DNA of 64,000 bases from Octopus bimaculoides. Its lineage: Eukaryota. The stretch covers positions 13,775,186-13,839,185 of the forward strand of contig NC_069007.1 in the NCBI RefSeq assembly GCF_001194135.2, written 5' to 3'. Shown here piece after piece: positions 14,551-27,691 of this stretch. Every line of letters starts with the position of its first letter. Positions within the stretch are counted from its first letter, which is position 1. A program made the translations under genes and the position numbers. The notes under the pieces are model-generated. The model saw nothing but the letters and a program-made list of their open reading frames with translations, ran no database searches and was not told where the DNA came from.

Positions 14551-14800
14551 GGGCTCATTTCTGTGTATCAAACCAATGGGGGGAGAGGGGACTCATTTCT
14601 CCCAACATCAAACCAATGAGGGAGGGGGATCATTTCTCTACATAAAACCGAGGGGGAGGATCTCATTTCACATTAAATCAATGGGNNNNNNNNNNCTACA
14701 AACCAATGAGAAGGAGCCTCATTTCTCTACAAACCAATGGGGGAAGGGGCTCATTTCTCTACAAACCAATGGGGGAAGGGGCTCATTTTTTTCTACATCA
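14551..14800 (+). repeat. Minisatellite, ~31-40 bp unit (ctcatttctctacaaaccaatgggggaagggg)
   Basis: About 7 degenerate units, interrupted by a 10-N gap. Confidence 0.85.
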
Positions 14801-15854
14801 AACCATACAGGACCCAATCATTTCAAAGTCTACAAACAGAACTACAAACTCAACACAGCAAGCTCCTACAAGGAGAAAACAAGCTGAATTTTTAGAACAT
14901 AGGATAACAAGCCTTGTGGTATTTATTTCAACTCCCTGCACAGAGTTTCAAATCCCAGGAAAGCCAACTTTGCCTCTCGTATTTTCAGGATCAATGAAAT
15001 GAAGTACAAGTCCAAGGAAGTATATTAGTGGAATTGTTAAATCAGCAGACAAGACACCTGTTTCTGTTCCAGCAGTTTGCATTCTGAGTTTCTGGAAAGC
15101 AGGTTTCAGCCATTAATCAGTTAAACACCACCATCTGGGATTTGCAAGATTTTAAATGTTCTCTGGTTCCCACTCACTAAAAGTTCCTTCTGTTGCAAGC
15201 TTTTAAATTTTGTTCTCTGGTTTCACGATCACTGCCCCTTCCCCGTACCAATTTCAGGAATTTTGGGGGAAAAAAAAAAAAAAAGATCAAGAATGTTCCC
15301 TACCCCTCCTCAACTAAGTAGTAAAAATAAACCCCATGGCTTACAGCAACGAGTCAAGTTTACAGTAGTTAGTGAAAGCAAGTGGCTTAGTGGTCAGGGT
15401 GTTGCACCAGGATTACAAAATTGGTTTCGATTCCCAGACCAGCTGAGCATTGTGCTCTTGAGCAAAACAAAACACTTCATGTTGATCCAGTCCACTCAGC
15501 TGTAAATGGGTCACCATCCTGCGACATGCTGGCTCAGGAAAATCACTCAAATAGGGGGGGGGGGTCCCATGAGCCACATTTTGCATTCAGTGATTGAAAG
15601 GATGAATTGTACAAGACATTGTGTGAATCTGGACTGGTTGGGATTGGCTGTTTAACTGCATTGAAGGATGACAAGAGTTAAGTGAGATTGGCTACAGGTA
15701 CCCTGCTTTGCCTAGTGATTCTACACAAAACATAACACCTGGTCAAAATATCTCGACTAGGAAAGTCACTGTGAGAAAAATAGTAAAGCCATGAAAATGC
15801 TGAAGGGGTTTAACACCAGATCAAGGATCAAAGGCATCATATATATATATATAT

Positions 15855-16190
15855 ATGCGTAGGAGTGGTTGTGTGGTAAGTAGCTTGCTTACCAACCACA
15901 TGGTTCTGGGTTCAGTCCTCGGGCAGGTGTCTTCTGCTATAGCCTCAGGCCGATCAAAGCCTTGTGAGTGGATTTGGTAAACAGAGACTGAAAAAATCCC
16001 GTAGTGTGTATGTGTGTGACCATCGCTTGACAACCGATGGTGTGTCTATATCCCTGTAACTTAGTGGTTCAGTTAAAGAGACCGAGAGAATAAGTATTAG
16101 GCTTACAAAGAATAAGTTCTGGGATTGATTTGTTTGACATGGGGCAGTGCTCCAGCATGGTTGCAGTCAAATGACTAAAAATAGTCAAAG
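15855..16190 (+). mobile_element. SINE family A copy
   Basis: Head, core, microsatellite and tail present. Confidence 0.85.
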
Positions 16191-17144
16191 AAGTAGTATA
16201 TAAGTAGTAGGTTGTGATTTAGGAGCAGTTTGATATATTTCTTGAAGGTCAAGCAACCATTCAGCACAGTGGTTTACAACCATTTTTTTTTCCATCTGTA
16301 GACCCTCAACCATTCTATATTTAAAACATCCTAATATATTTTTATCATTAAATATTAAGAAATATATCAAAAAAGAAATATCAAAATATTTGGTGAGCTG
16401 TAGAAGGAGAAGCAATTTATCTTTTATTACTCATAAATTTTAAAAGATCTTTCTGGACTCTCAAGGCCCATGTGGACCCCAGTTGAGACCTACTGATTTA
16501 GCAGCTTCCCTCATAATACTGAGGATTGGTGGGGAAATAGGGCATAATCGCTAAAATAACGAATAAAGCTTTGCCACATTCATTCCAGGGCTCCATACAC
16601 TGAGTTTCAATCCCTACCCCACCAGGTCAAATTTATCTCCTCTTTAAGAGTCGTTAAAATTTTTAGTCGATTATACCTCCCCCCTTCTGTCTCACTCTGG
16701 ATTGTACTTCTAAGTGAAAAGTCCAGTCTTACCTCTTTCTCTCTCTCTCACATACACACAGTGTCATGCTGGTTCAACGAAAAAAAAATACATTTAAAAG
16801 TACACGTGTCTGTGGAGTACTCAACCACTCGCACAAGACAGAATTCATTTGTTCAAATGAGCAGAATGCTTATTGCTTATCGTCGACCGAGAATTCGTTA
16901 CTTAAATTGCATACAAATGTGTCCCGTTAGGGTNNNNNNNNNNNNNNNNNNNNNNNNNNNNNNNNNNNNNNNNNNNNNNNNNNNNNNNNNNNNNNNNNNN
17001 NNNNNNNNNNNNNNNNNNNNNNNNNNNNNNNNNNNNNNNNNNNNNNNNNNNNNNNNNNNNNNNNNNNNNNNNNNNNNNNNNNNNNNNNNNNNNNNNNNNN
17101 NNNNNNNNNNNNNNNNNNNNNNNNNNNNNNNNNNNNNNNNNNNN

Positions 17145-17194
<50 letters not shown>

Positions 17195-17909
17195 GGACAC
17201 ACACAGAGTGTTTGTGTTGGAACGATTCAGTAGGGGTGTGCGTATGTGTGCAAGAAGGGTGCATTCAGTACATTCTTCAACAACACCCTGGCACAAGATG
17301 AAACACTAGTTTCTTTCACAAACCAAAAAGGGGGGGGAGGAAAAAGACCTTTATCTTTTGAGTAATTCTTAAAAGCTATTAAAGTGAAAGACCCTTTATT
17401 TGTAAAGGAGGTAGTTATTGGAATAAAAGATCCTATATTTGTTGGGAGGGAGGGGGCTTATCAAAACATCAGACCCTCTACATGTACAAACCACTTTAGA
17501 TTCAAAATTTAAGAGTTGGAATCTCAATAAATAGGATTGTTAAACCATAGGTGAGTCTTGATCTGATATACTTAGGATTAAAGGCATTCCAGCCTTAAAT
17601 ACGTAGTTTCACCCACCACTTCCTTTTCAAGCAATTTTCTTTTATTTAAATCAAAAACCGAGGAATGTTGTCCTATTATTTCTAGCAGAAATATGATTAC
17701 ACAGATCATTGCTGGAATTAATTTTCACCACCTCCTGATATTTATTGTGTTTTTAACATGGCACATCCATATGGGATGTAATCTCGGAACAAATACAACA
17801 GTAACTTGGCTAATCAACAGTGAGTATACATTTAATATGATACATAGATGGCTATTTTGATTTTAATACTGCTTCAATTGCATATAACGGGTGTGGGTGT
17901 GTGTGCAAG

Positions 17910-18280
17910 CTGGCATGGCTGTGTGGTATGAAGCTTGCTTCCCAACCACATGGTTCCAGGTTCAATCTTACTCATTGGAACCTTGGACAAGTATTTTCTA
18001 CTAGTCTTGGGCCGATCAAAATCTTGTGAGTGGATTTGGTAGAAAGAAACTGAGAGAAGCCAAGGTGTCATGTGTGTATTTGTATCCGTCCCCTCCATTA
18101 CCACCTGACAACCAGTGTTGGTCTGTTTATGTCCCCGTAACTCAGTGGTTCAACAAAAGAATAAGTCCTAGGCTTACAAAGTACAAGTCTCGAGGTCAAT
18201 TTCTTTGACTTAAAAAAAAAAAAAACCCTTTAAGGTGGTGCTCCAGCATGGCTGCAATCAATTGAAACATCTAAAGAATA
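17910..18280 (+). mobile_element. SINE family A copy
   Basis: tRNA-like head (ggttccaggttcaatc), core and tail. Confidence 0.85.
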
Positions 18281-18634
18281 ACCACAAAGCTTCAAACTTG
18301 GATGTATATCAGCCGGATTCCAAAAGCATGTGAAGGCAGTGGTTTTGCTATTTGAAAGAGTTGAGATATTTTGGAAAGTTCATTTCTCATTTTGATTTAC
18401 AACACTTGATTTTATATACACACACAAAGACCATCAAATATTCGATACACTGAAGTAGTGTGAGAGAGCAGTATAGACAATATTGTCGCAATCAAGCAAG
18501 CAAACTGGATGAAAAAACAGTGGCACTTAAGTTTTAGGTGGTTGGATAATGTAAGGAGATGTGTTTCCATAAGCAATAATTTTAAAATAACTTGGAGGGA
18601 AAGGAGGAGTAAATACAAATATTCTCATTATTAA

Positions 18635-18859
18635 CCCTTTAGCATTCAGATTATTACTCTTTTACTTATTTCAGTCATTTGACTGTGGCCATGCTGGAGC
18701 ACCGCCTTTAGTCGAGCAAATCAACCCCAGGACTTATTCTTTGTAAGCCTAGTATTTATTCTCGGTCTCTTTCGCCGAACCACAAATTTATGAGGAAGTA
18801 AACACACCAGCATTGGTTGTCAAGCGATGCTGGGAGGGGGTAAACACAGAGACACAAAC

Positions 18860-18903
<44 letters not shown>

Positions 18904-19214
18904 GATGGGCTTCTTTCAGTTTCCATCTACCAAATCCACTCACAAGGCTTTGGTCGGCCCAAGGCTATAGCAGAAGACACTAGCCCAAGGTGTTACACAG
19001 GAGGACTGAACCCAGAACCATGTGGTTCGTAAGCAAGCTACTTACAACACAGCCACTCCTGTGTCATATATATTGCTTATTTATTCACATTATCTTGTAG
19101 CTTCAAGGTTTCAATGGTGCATTTGTATATTTTTAGAACGACATTGTAGGGTAGGTGTAAGAGATTGGATATGGTCAGGTTGAACATATAACAGGTAAAA
19201 TATTTGGGCTGGAT
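18635..19214 (-). mobile_element. Family-1 MITE interrupted by a full-length SINE
   Basis: TIR at 18635; MITE sequence resumes after ~19065. Confidence 0.75.
18654..19062 (-). mobile_element. Full-length SINE family A copy
   Basis: Complete reverse-complement copy with internal (TA)n. Confidence 0.9.
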
Positions 19215-22200
19215 ATCATCATCATTGTTTAATGTTTGTCTTCCATGGCTGGCATGGGTGGGATGGTTTAACAGGAGCCGGCCGGGCAGAAGCCTGCACT
19301 AGACATCTGTGACCGTTTTGGCAGGAATTTTACAGCTGTAACCAACTTTCACCCGTTTCTAAACTAGCTAATAATTTCCCCTGGTCAAACATGTTTTTCA
19401 CTGAAAGGTACAAACAACCAACCTTACATACCTGACAATGCTCATTTACAACCCTCACTTAATGCCTGGACAAGGCTACAAACAAACATACGCACAAAGG
19501 GCTTCCACACAGTTTCCGTCCAAATCTACTCAAGACTTTTGTTAGTCAAGGTTATAATAGAAAAGAAATACTCCAAAGTGGGAATGAACATGAAACCACA
19601 TGGTTGGTAAATGAGCTTCTTAAGTACATTGCCATACTTCCACTACTCAGTAATAAAAATTTCGAGTTTCAAATCTTCGCCTGTAATTTCTCTTCCAGTT
19701 TGATAACCAAATAGATAATGTACTTTATGTAATCCTAAGCCAGCCCTGATATAGCAGTCTGTCAAAGCCATTCCTGTCTTTTTCCCTAAATACTGTTAAC
19801 TTGTCTATACAGTATCCAAAGTTGTTCTTTTCTCACATAGGGTATGATGTGGGAGAGCAACATCATTTTAATGTCCCTTTTTGCAGGCTTGCACAAGTTA
19901 GATGGAGGCCATTGAGGTAGATTTTCTACAGCTGGAAGCCCTTCCTGTTGCCAACCATCTGTTTCTAAGTAATGTGCCCCACCCCATAGAACGTTTTCAC
20001 AGATTGGAAGTGGACGCTACTATGGTGGTGACACTTGCTTACGACTATTGCTTCAAGTTAAGACCAAACACACAAGGGTTACTTTCAGTTCCCGAGTATC
20101 AAATCTACTTACAAGGGTTTATAGAAGTGGGACTTCAGCCAAAACCATGTGGTTGGAATGCAAACTTCTTAACCATACATCCATGCACATTTTGCTATTT
20201 TTAGAAGGTGAAGTGATAACATAGCTCTTCCAGTACTTTTTCATATGTACTAGGTCAAGTGGCACATCTGCAAACTTAAATTACATTCCATTTAACTAAA
20301 CTTGGGTCAAGCCTAGTCAAATATCTATCCCTGAACATGAAACTTAAGTTGACAAACTTTTAGAGTGTCAATTGTTTAGCAGTACATACAAGCACACATG
20401 AAATACCTCGTACTTAAATTTAATTAACACATTAAATTAGGATCTCATTAGATATTAAAATACAAACTGGCAGACATTAAACATCAGATTTAAAGCGTTT
20501 CTGACAGTAATATACCAGCAAGGCTGAAAAATTACTACAATCTTCAGAGGCCACGCACAGACTAACAAACCTAAAAGTCAGAAATAATGACTAACAACAA
20601 AATGTACAGAAAACATCATTGACAATCTGGATTGGAAAGGGATTAACAGCAAAAAAGAAAAGGGACTACAAAACCTGGCAGTAAAACAATTTAAGATCGA
20701 TTTATCATATTTTAATACTGTCTACTTATATGTATAACTAAGCTCCGATTTTAGTCAGCTAATTACTTTTAATTAGGAAGATACTTAATATATCAATGCT
20801 AAACTAGATATTTTTCTTTCTTTCTTTTGCCTTGTTCAAGCTCTTTCTAAATCTTTTATGCATGAAACATTTAAACTGTGTGACAATGTCTAGATATAAA
20901 AGAGCAATCATGCTATCTTAAAGGTAACAGTTTTGGCATTGACACTAAGTATGTGGGCGATTATTTGAGACATGTTTTTGCATGTATACTTCTTTTCTCT
21001 CCTCAGACTAAAAGAAAAAAAGCATTTGCTTACCAAGAGATGTGTGGGATTTCTAACAATATGGTTAATTCCTATTTCATTGGTTCTAAGCAGTTGTACT
21101 ACATCAACAAGTATCCGAAATTAATACATTATGTGAATACACCTAAATGTGTACACATGCAAATATGCTATCATGCAAATGCTTATGTACATGTATTATA
21201 TAACTGAAAGTGGTGCACATCCATGCACATAAACTGAAGACCAGAAAGTCAGCACAGGAAGGGATTTTAATTATGCTACCCATCTCTCCTACCTCCTCCT
21301 CCTTCGATCTTCTATTTTGTATCTCCTCTTAAGCTCACCCTTTTGAACTTTGAAGGAGATTGCTCTGGCACCCCATCATTACCTATCTCTGCCTTCTTTC
21401 CCACTACTCTCACGCACCCTCATAATATGGAGTTGCCATGTATAAAGCAAGCCATCTATGTTTGTCCTGAAATCATGCCTTAGTTTCACAAAACCCGACA
21501 TGAAAAACTGCACATGTGGGGCTTTTGGGTTTTTCCCAGGTCTTCCTAGTTACTTGGCAACTTAACTAGCGCTGGTGCCAAGACAAAAAAAGCACCAAGT
21601 ATACACTGTCAAGTGGTTGGCATTAGGAAGGACATCCAGCCACAGAAACCATGTCGAAGCAGACACCGACGCTCGACAACCCTGCAGTTTGCTGGATCCT
21701 ATCAAACCATCAAACCAATACCTGTACACACACACACACATACAGACAGAGAAAGAGAGTTAACAGATGAGATTGGGAGACTCATCTGTAGGACTTGTAA
21801 CACCATATCTCCCATCTAATTCTATGGGTCTGTGTAAGCTGAGCAAGTTTATTCTTAATATACATATATCGTTGCTGTTGTGTTAAACTGTTGTATGTCC
21901 AAATGTGAATTTTTTTTTTTTCTTCTCAATGTTTATTTTTGCTTGCAATAGCCGGTTCTTTTGGTCAAACTATCATATCTCCAGCTGCTTCAGATGCCAA
22001 GTTATCAAAAATTGTCCAAGTGTAGTACAACGGTTTTGCTATGGACTGGTGAAACTACTTTTTGTTTTCTGAAAAAACAACCATATATATTTAGTTGTGT
22101 ATTAATCATCTGAAAATTTTCACTCTTTGCCTTTTTCCTTTCTTTTTTTTATTTACACGCATGAATGTGTGTGTATGTGTGTGGTTCTTTAAAATGTTTC

Positions 22201-22744
22201 AGCTTCAAAACTGCAGTTATGCTGAGTAACCATATATTCATTCTGTACACTCTCGGAATGGTTGGCATTAGGAAAGGCATCCAGCTGTAGAAACACTGCC
22301 AGATCACATAGGAGCCTGGTGCAGCCTCCTGGCTTCCCAGACCCCAGTTGAACCATCCAACCCATGCCAGCATGGAAAACGGATGTTAAANNNNNNNNNN
22401 NNNNNNNNNNNNNNNNNTCATCGAGGTCGACTTTGCCTTTCATCCTACCTGAGGAATAAAGACTCAAAACTGGCTTCTTGGATTCCCCCCATCTGCCACA
22501 CCCTGTACGAGATGCCACTTCATCACAGGAATACTCATTTTGGGCAGCTGAGTGGACTTGAACAATGCGAAATGAGGTGTTTTGCTCAAGAAGAAAATGC
22601 ATTGCCTGGTTTAGGGACCGAAACCACAAACACACGATCATAAGTGCAACTACCTAACCACTAAGCCATGCACCTCCACTAACATACATACATATGTATA
22701 GACATCCATATATACACACACACACACAAACATACATGCACGCG

Positions 22745-22775
<31 letters not shown>

Positions 22776-24230
22776 AAACATACATGCACGCACTCAGACA
22801 CACATACATGCATGCATACACACAAACATACATGCACGCACACAAACATACATGCACGCACGTATGCACACACACACTTTATGTAGATATGTATATGCAC
22901 ACACACACACACACATATATATATTATATCTATAGTACATAATTTAGAACCTCCATTGCTAATTATGTTTAGAAGACTATTTGAACAGAATTCTCTCACA
23001 GTGTTGCAAATCCAAACCACTGCAATAATGACACAAAATCCAATCAAACTAACGAGCTTTACTTTTCAAATGGGCAAACAACATTTGTTTAGGCTTTCTT
23101 TTTCTCTTTTTTTCTTTTCTTTAGTCATCTGCACCCATCAAGGAATGTATTTTCTTGATCATTACAGATAGATTTCTCCCTCCTCCCTGAACACAATGTA
23201 AAGAAACCCCAGCATGGACAAACATGCCAGAAACAGCAGCCAAACGTTTTTTTTTCTGTTCTTTTGATGATGAGATACAGGCATGATAGCATGGTTAAGC
23301 AGTTCACTTCTCAACTATGTGATTCTGGTTTCAGTCCCATGCGTGACAATTTGGGCAGGGGACTTCAATTAGTGCCAACCACAGCCTTGTGGGTGGATTT
23401 GGTAGATGCAAACTGAATGAAGCTCATCGTGTGTGCGTGTGCGTGTGTGTGTGCGCACGCACCTCTAAAAATTACTCACCTACAGGCAGTGGACACGTTT
23501 CTCTTGTCAACAGGCTGTGTACTGACTGTGCTTTTGAAAATGTGTAGAAAAAGATATCTGTTACTGAAATACAGATATGGGTTAGCAGGAAAGGGAAGGG
23601 CATCCTGCTATGATAACATGCCCCAATAATATAGTGTAACCAATGTAAACAAGGAAAACAAAAACCTGTAAAAACAAACTGGATAGATTTGAAAGAAAAG
23701 GACACTAATGTGCTCCTGGTCAGGAAAACCGGATGGTTGGTCACAGCTGGAATGTCTGATTAGAACCCGAAGCAAAATAAAAAAAAATTTTTAAATCAAC
23801 ATTNNNNNNNNNNNNNNNNNNNNNNNNNNNNNNNNNNNNNNNNNNNNNNNNNNNNNNNNNNNNNNNNNNNNNNNNNNNNNNNNNNNNNNNNNNNNNNNNN
23901 NNNNNNNNNNNNNNNNNNNNNNNNNNNNNNNNNNNNNNNNNNNNNNNNNNNNNNNNNNNNNNNNNNNNNNNNNNNNNNNNNNNNNNNNNNNNNNNNNNNN
24001 NNNNNNNNNNNNNNNNNNNNNNNNNNNNNNNNNNNNNNNNNNNNNNNNNNNNNNNNNNNNNNNNNNNNNNNNNNNNNNNNNNNNNNNNNNNNNNNNNNNN
24101 NNNNNNNNNNNNNNNNNNNNNNNNNNNNNNNNNNNNNNNNNNNNNNNNNNNNNNNNNNNNNNNNNNNNNNNNNNNNNNNNNNNNNNNNNNNNNNNNNNNN
24201 NNNNNNNNNNNNNNNNNNNNNNNNNNNNNN

Positions 24231-24440
24231 CCTTTTCTACTCTAGGCACAAGGCTCCAAATTTTGGGGGAGGTAGCCAGTCGATTAGATCGACCACAGTA
24301 CGCAACTGGTACTTAATTTATTGACCCCGAAAAGATGAAAGACAACATCAATCTTGGAATTTATACTCAGAACGTAAAGACAGACAAACTACCGCTGAGC
24401 ATTTCACCAGTGTGCTAACGTTTCTGCCAGCTCGCTGCCT
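24231..24440 (-). mobile_element. tRNA-headed SINE family C (~210 bp); other copies at ~210-418, 53380-53590, 57435-57530, 60190-60290, 61990-62130
   Basis: Shared ..ctgagttcaaattccgccgaggtcgactttgcctttcatcc..ggggtcgataaattaagtaccag.. consensus on the minus strand. Confidence 0.8.
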
Positions 24441-24794
24441 TAGATAATGTCTAAATATTACTTCAGTCAATTATGTGTGTTCGTTCATCAGTGACGAGGA
24501 CTATCTGGTCATCATGGAGTTGGAGCTGAGCATCAAGGGTGCACTGGTGACTGATCAAGTCAAGCCACACCCAGAAGGTTCTCTGGCAGTGCAGACAGAT
24601 AATGGTGATGGTAGTGGTGGGGACTTGATGGCACTAGTCTTCTTGGCCTGCCTGCATTGGTCTGCTGCAGCAATTCCGTTGGCTTTGCAGGTTTGCATGC
24701 CTTTACAAACAGTTGATTGCCACTTGCTTCTGTCCCAAGCTATCTGCTCCCAGGTGAAATGGCTGATGCTGAAAGGCAGGACGAAAGCTTTTAA

Positions 24795-25200
24795 CCCTTT
24801 AGTGTTTAAACCAGCAGTATCCAGCCCAAATATTCTATCCAAACTGGCCAGAACCAGGTCTCACACCTACCCTGCAGTGTAATTCTAAAAATAAACAATT
24901 CAGTCTTTCAAATCTCGAAGCTACAAGATAATAGCAGATAAATTTTTTAAAACATAAATAAATAAGGAGTACTTTTGACAAATTAATCTGAACACCAAAG
25001 GGTTAAGCCAAGCTATATCCAGCCAAAATATTTTATTTGTTTGATGTTCAAACTGGCTAAATCCAGTCCCTCACACCTCCCCTATAATATCAAACTAGAA
25101 GTGAGCAACACAATTGAGCTAAAAGATAATGCATGATTAATTCAAAACAAGGTGAAGAAATAAGTATTACATTTGACAGAGTAATCTGAAAGCTAAAGGG
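24795..25200 (+). mobile_element. Two tandem piggyBac-type MITE family-1 copies (24795-25002; 5'-truncated 25007-25200)
   Basis: TTAA|CCCTTTAG.. to ..AAAGGG|TTAA, then a second copy ending CTAAAGGG. Confidence 0.8.
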
Positions 25201-25538
25201 TTGAAGTAACTTTGAAGTCCCTTTTCTGGCCTCACTGGAAGTGTTTTGCCAGAGAGTTCACAATATAACAGTTTCTTCAGTTAAGTAATTAAAGACAGTA
25301 AAAAATAAAGCAATGAGGAATCTTCTACATTGTTGCAAACCCATACTGGAAACCTCTACCAAATCTTCCTTGAAGCATACCCAAAAGTATAACAAAAGAC
25401 AGTTAATAATATACACCAAGATCAACAGTCAAGGAGAGAATAAATATTGTCCGATCATTGCTTTGCCTTACATCAGTGGCTTCTCCAGCCACCAAGCTAT
25501 GGATCATTCAGTACCAGGCTGCAGAGAAAGGAAACTAA

Positions 25539-25949
25539 CCCTTTAGCATTCAGATTTCTGTCAAATGTAATGCTTATTTATACAGTTTTGCATTCATCGT
25601 GCATCATCTCATAGCTTTTAGATTTCAATAATGTGATTATTTTTACAATGACATTGTAGGTAGGCTAGGTGTGAAATGTTGGATCTGACCAATTTCAATA
25701 TAAATGAGGCAGAATACTTTGTCCAGATACGGCCAGCTCAACCCTTTAGCATTTAAACTGGCCATATTCCGGCCTAAATATTCTACCAGTTTTATGTTGA
25801 AATTGACCTCTCATAGCAAACCTACAATATCAGTGTGAAATTTAACACTCACCCCATCAAAATCTCATAGCTACAAGAGAATGCATCGTTAATTATAAAC
25901 ATGAATAAATAAACATTACTTTTGACAGAATAATGTAAATGCTAAAGGG
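25539..25949. mobile_element. Head-to-head inverted pair of family-1 MITEs
   Basis: Reverse copy 25539-~25737 abuts a forward copy 25742-25949 ending AAAGGG|TTAA. Confidence 0.8.
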
Positions 25950-26009
25950 TTAAATTCAGTTTCTATTTCATTGACTATCGGTCTGTAGGGTATTTTTGCA
26001 TTACGTATA

Positions 26010-26395
26010 CGTTCTTTTTAACTGTTTCAATCATTGGATTGCAGCCATGCTGGGGCACCACCTCGAGTTTAGTCAAACAATCAGCCACAGTATTTTTTTT
26101 TCCTTTAAATCTGCTACATATCCTATTAGTCTCTTTTACTGAACTGTTAAGGGGGATGTAAACACACTAACACCAGTAGTGAAGCAGTGGTGGGGGTGGA
26201 CGAACACACACACAAAGACAAATACACAGATATACATAAATATGATGGGTTTCTTTCAGTTTCCATCTCCCAAATCCACTCAAAAGGATTTAGTTGGCTC
26301 AGGGCTATAACGGAAGATGCTAGCCCAAGTTGTCACAGAGTGGGACTGAACTCGGAACCATGTGGTTGGAAAGCAAGATTCTTACAACTCCGTCA
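26010..26395 (-). mobile_element. SINE family A copy
   Basis: Reverse-complement head, core and tail. Confidence 0.8.
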
Positions 26396-26494
26396 TACAT
26401 ATATATATGTAATATATACATATATATATGTAATATATACATATTATATATTTTAAAGCAGTGCTCCAGCATGGCTGCAGTCAAGTAACTGAAA

Positions 26495-26533
<39 letters not shown>

Positions 26534-26984
26534 ACTAATTAAATATTCACTTATTATATGTGTGATCCTTCAATCTGTGGATAAACTGTCTTGGGCCAGG
26601 GGCCACTACCTTAAATCATTGACCAGTGTGACCAGGCTGACCTGGGGTTAAACAACAAAGTAGATAATCAGAAATGGCCATTCAGGAGTAAAGGACACAC
26701 TGGAATTATTTAGATTTATGTTTCCCTGACGAACATCAAAGAAACACTCCCTCTGCTACCATTTTCACTTGAGTACAACACATTCCAACATCATGTGACC
26801 CTTTTTTTTTTTTTTTTTTNNNNNNNNNNATAATGCTACCCTTTACTTTTTATCTTGATGTTTGTCCCCTAACCTTGACAGTGTGATAGTTGTAAAAGAG
26901 AGTCATTGTTGTGCAAGCAGTGTCCATTTCCAATCTTCTGTGAAAATATGTCTGGTCACAAGGAAATATTGCCATGCCATAGAG

Positions 26985-27360
26985 CATGGCAGGAATGGCT
27001 TTGTGGTAAGAAGCTTGCTTCCCAACCACACAGTTCCAGGTTCAGTCCCACTGTGCAGCACTTTGGGAAAGTGTCATACTATAGCCTTGGGCCAATCAAA
27101 CCCTTGTGAGTGGATTTCATAGATAGAAACTGAAAGAAGCCTGTCGTGTGTGTATGAGTGTCCCCCACCACTGCTTAACAGGTGTTGGTGTGTTTATGTC
27201 TCTGTAACTTAGCAGTTCAGCAAAAGAGAAAAGAATGAGTAACAAGCTTAAAAAACAAAACAAAAAAAAAGTACTGGGAGTGATTCATTCATTCGACTAA
27301 AAATCTGAGGTGGTGCCCCAGCATGGCTGCAGTCTAATGACAAGTAAAAGATACAAGATA
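26985..27360 (+). mobile_element. SINE family A copy
   Basis: Head, core and tail present. Confidence 0.85.
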
Positions 27361-27476
27361 CCTGGAAACAGGTGAAGGTGAGCAACTGGCATCCAGCTGT
27401 AGTAAGTTTGCCTCAACAAATTTTGATGCAAGTATGGAAAAGCAGGTGTTAATTATTCATGTATCCTCATGCTTAA

Positions 27477-27691
27477 CCCCTTAGTATTCAGATTACTGTC
27501 AAATGTAACCCTTATTAATTCACATCGTTTTGAATTAATCAAGCATTATCTTGTCACTTCGAGATTTTGATGATGTGATTATTTTTAGAATGACATTGTA
27601 GGGGAGATCAGAAAGGCCAGATCTGGCTAGTTTGAACATAAAACATGTAAAAATTATTTGGTTGGATATGACCGATTTAAATGCTAAAGGG
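27477..27691 (-). mobile_element. piggyBac-type MITE family-1 copy
   Basis: TTAA|CCCCTTAG ... ATGCTAAAGGG; internal sequence matches the family in reverse. Confidence 0.8.
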
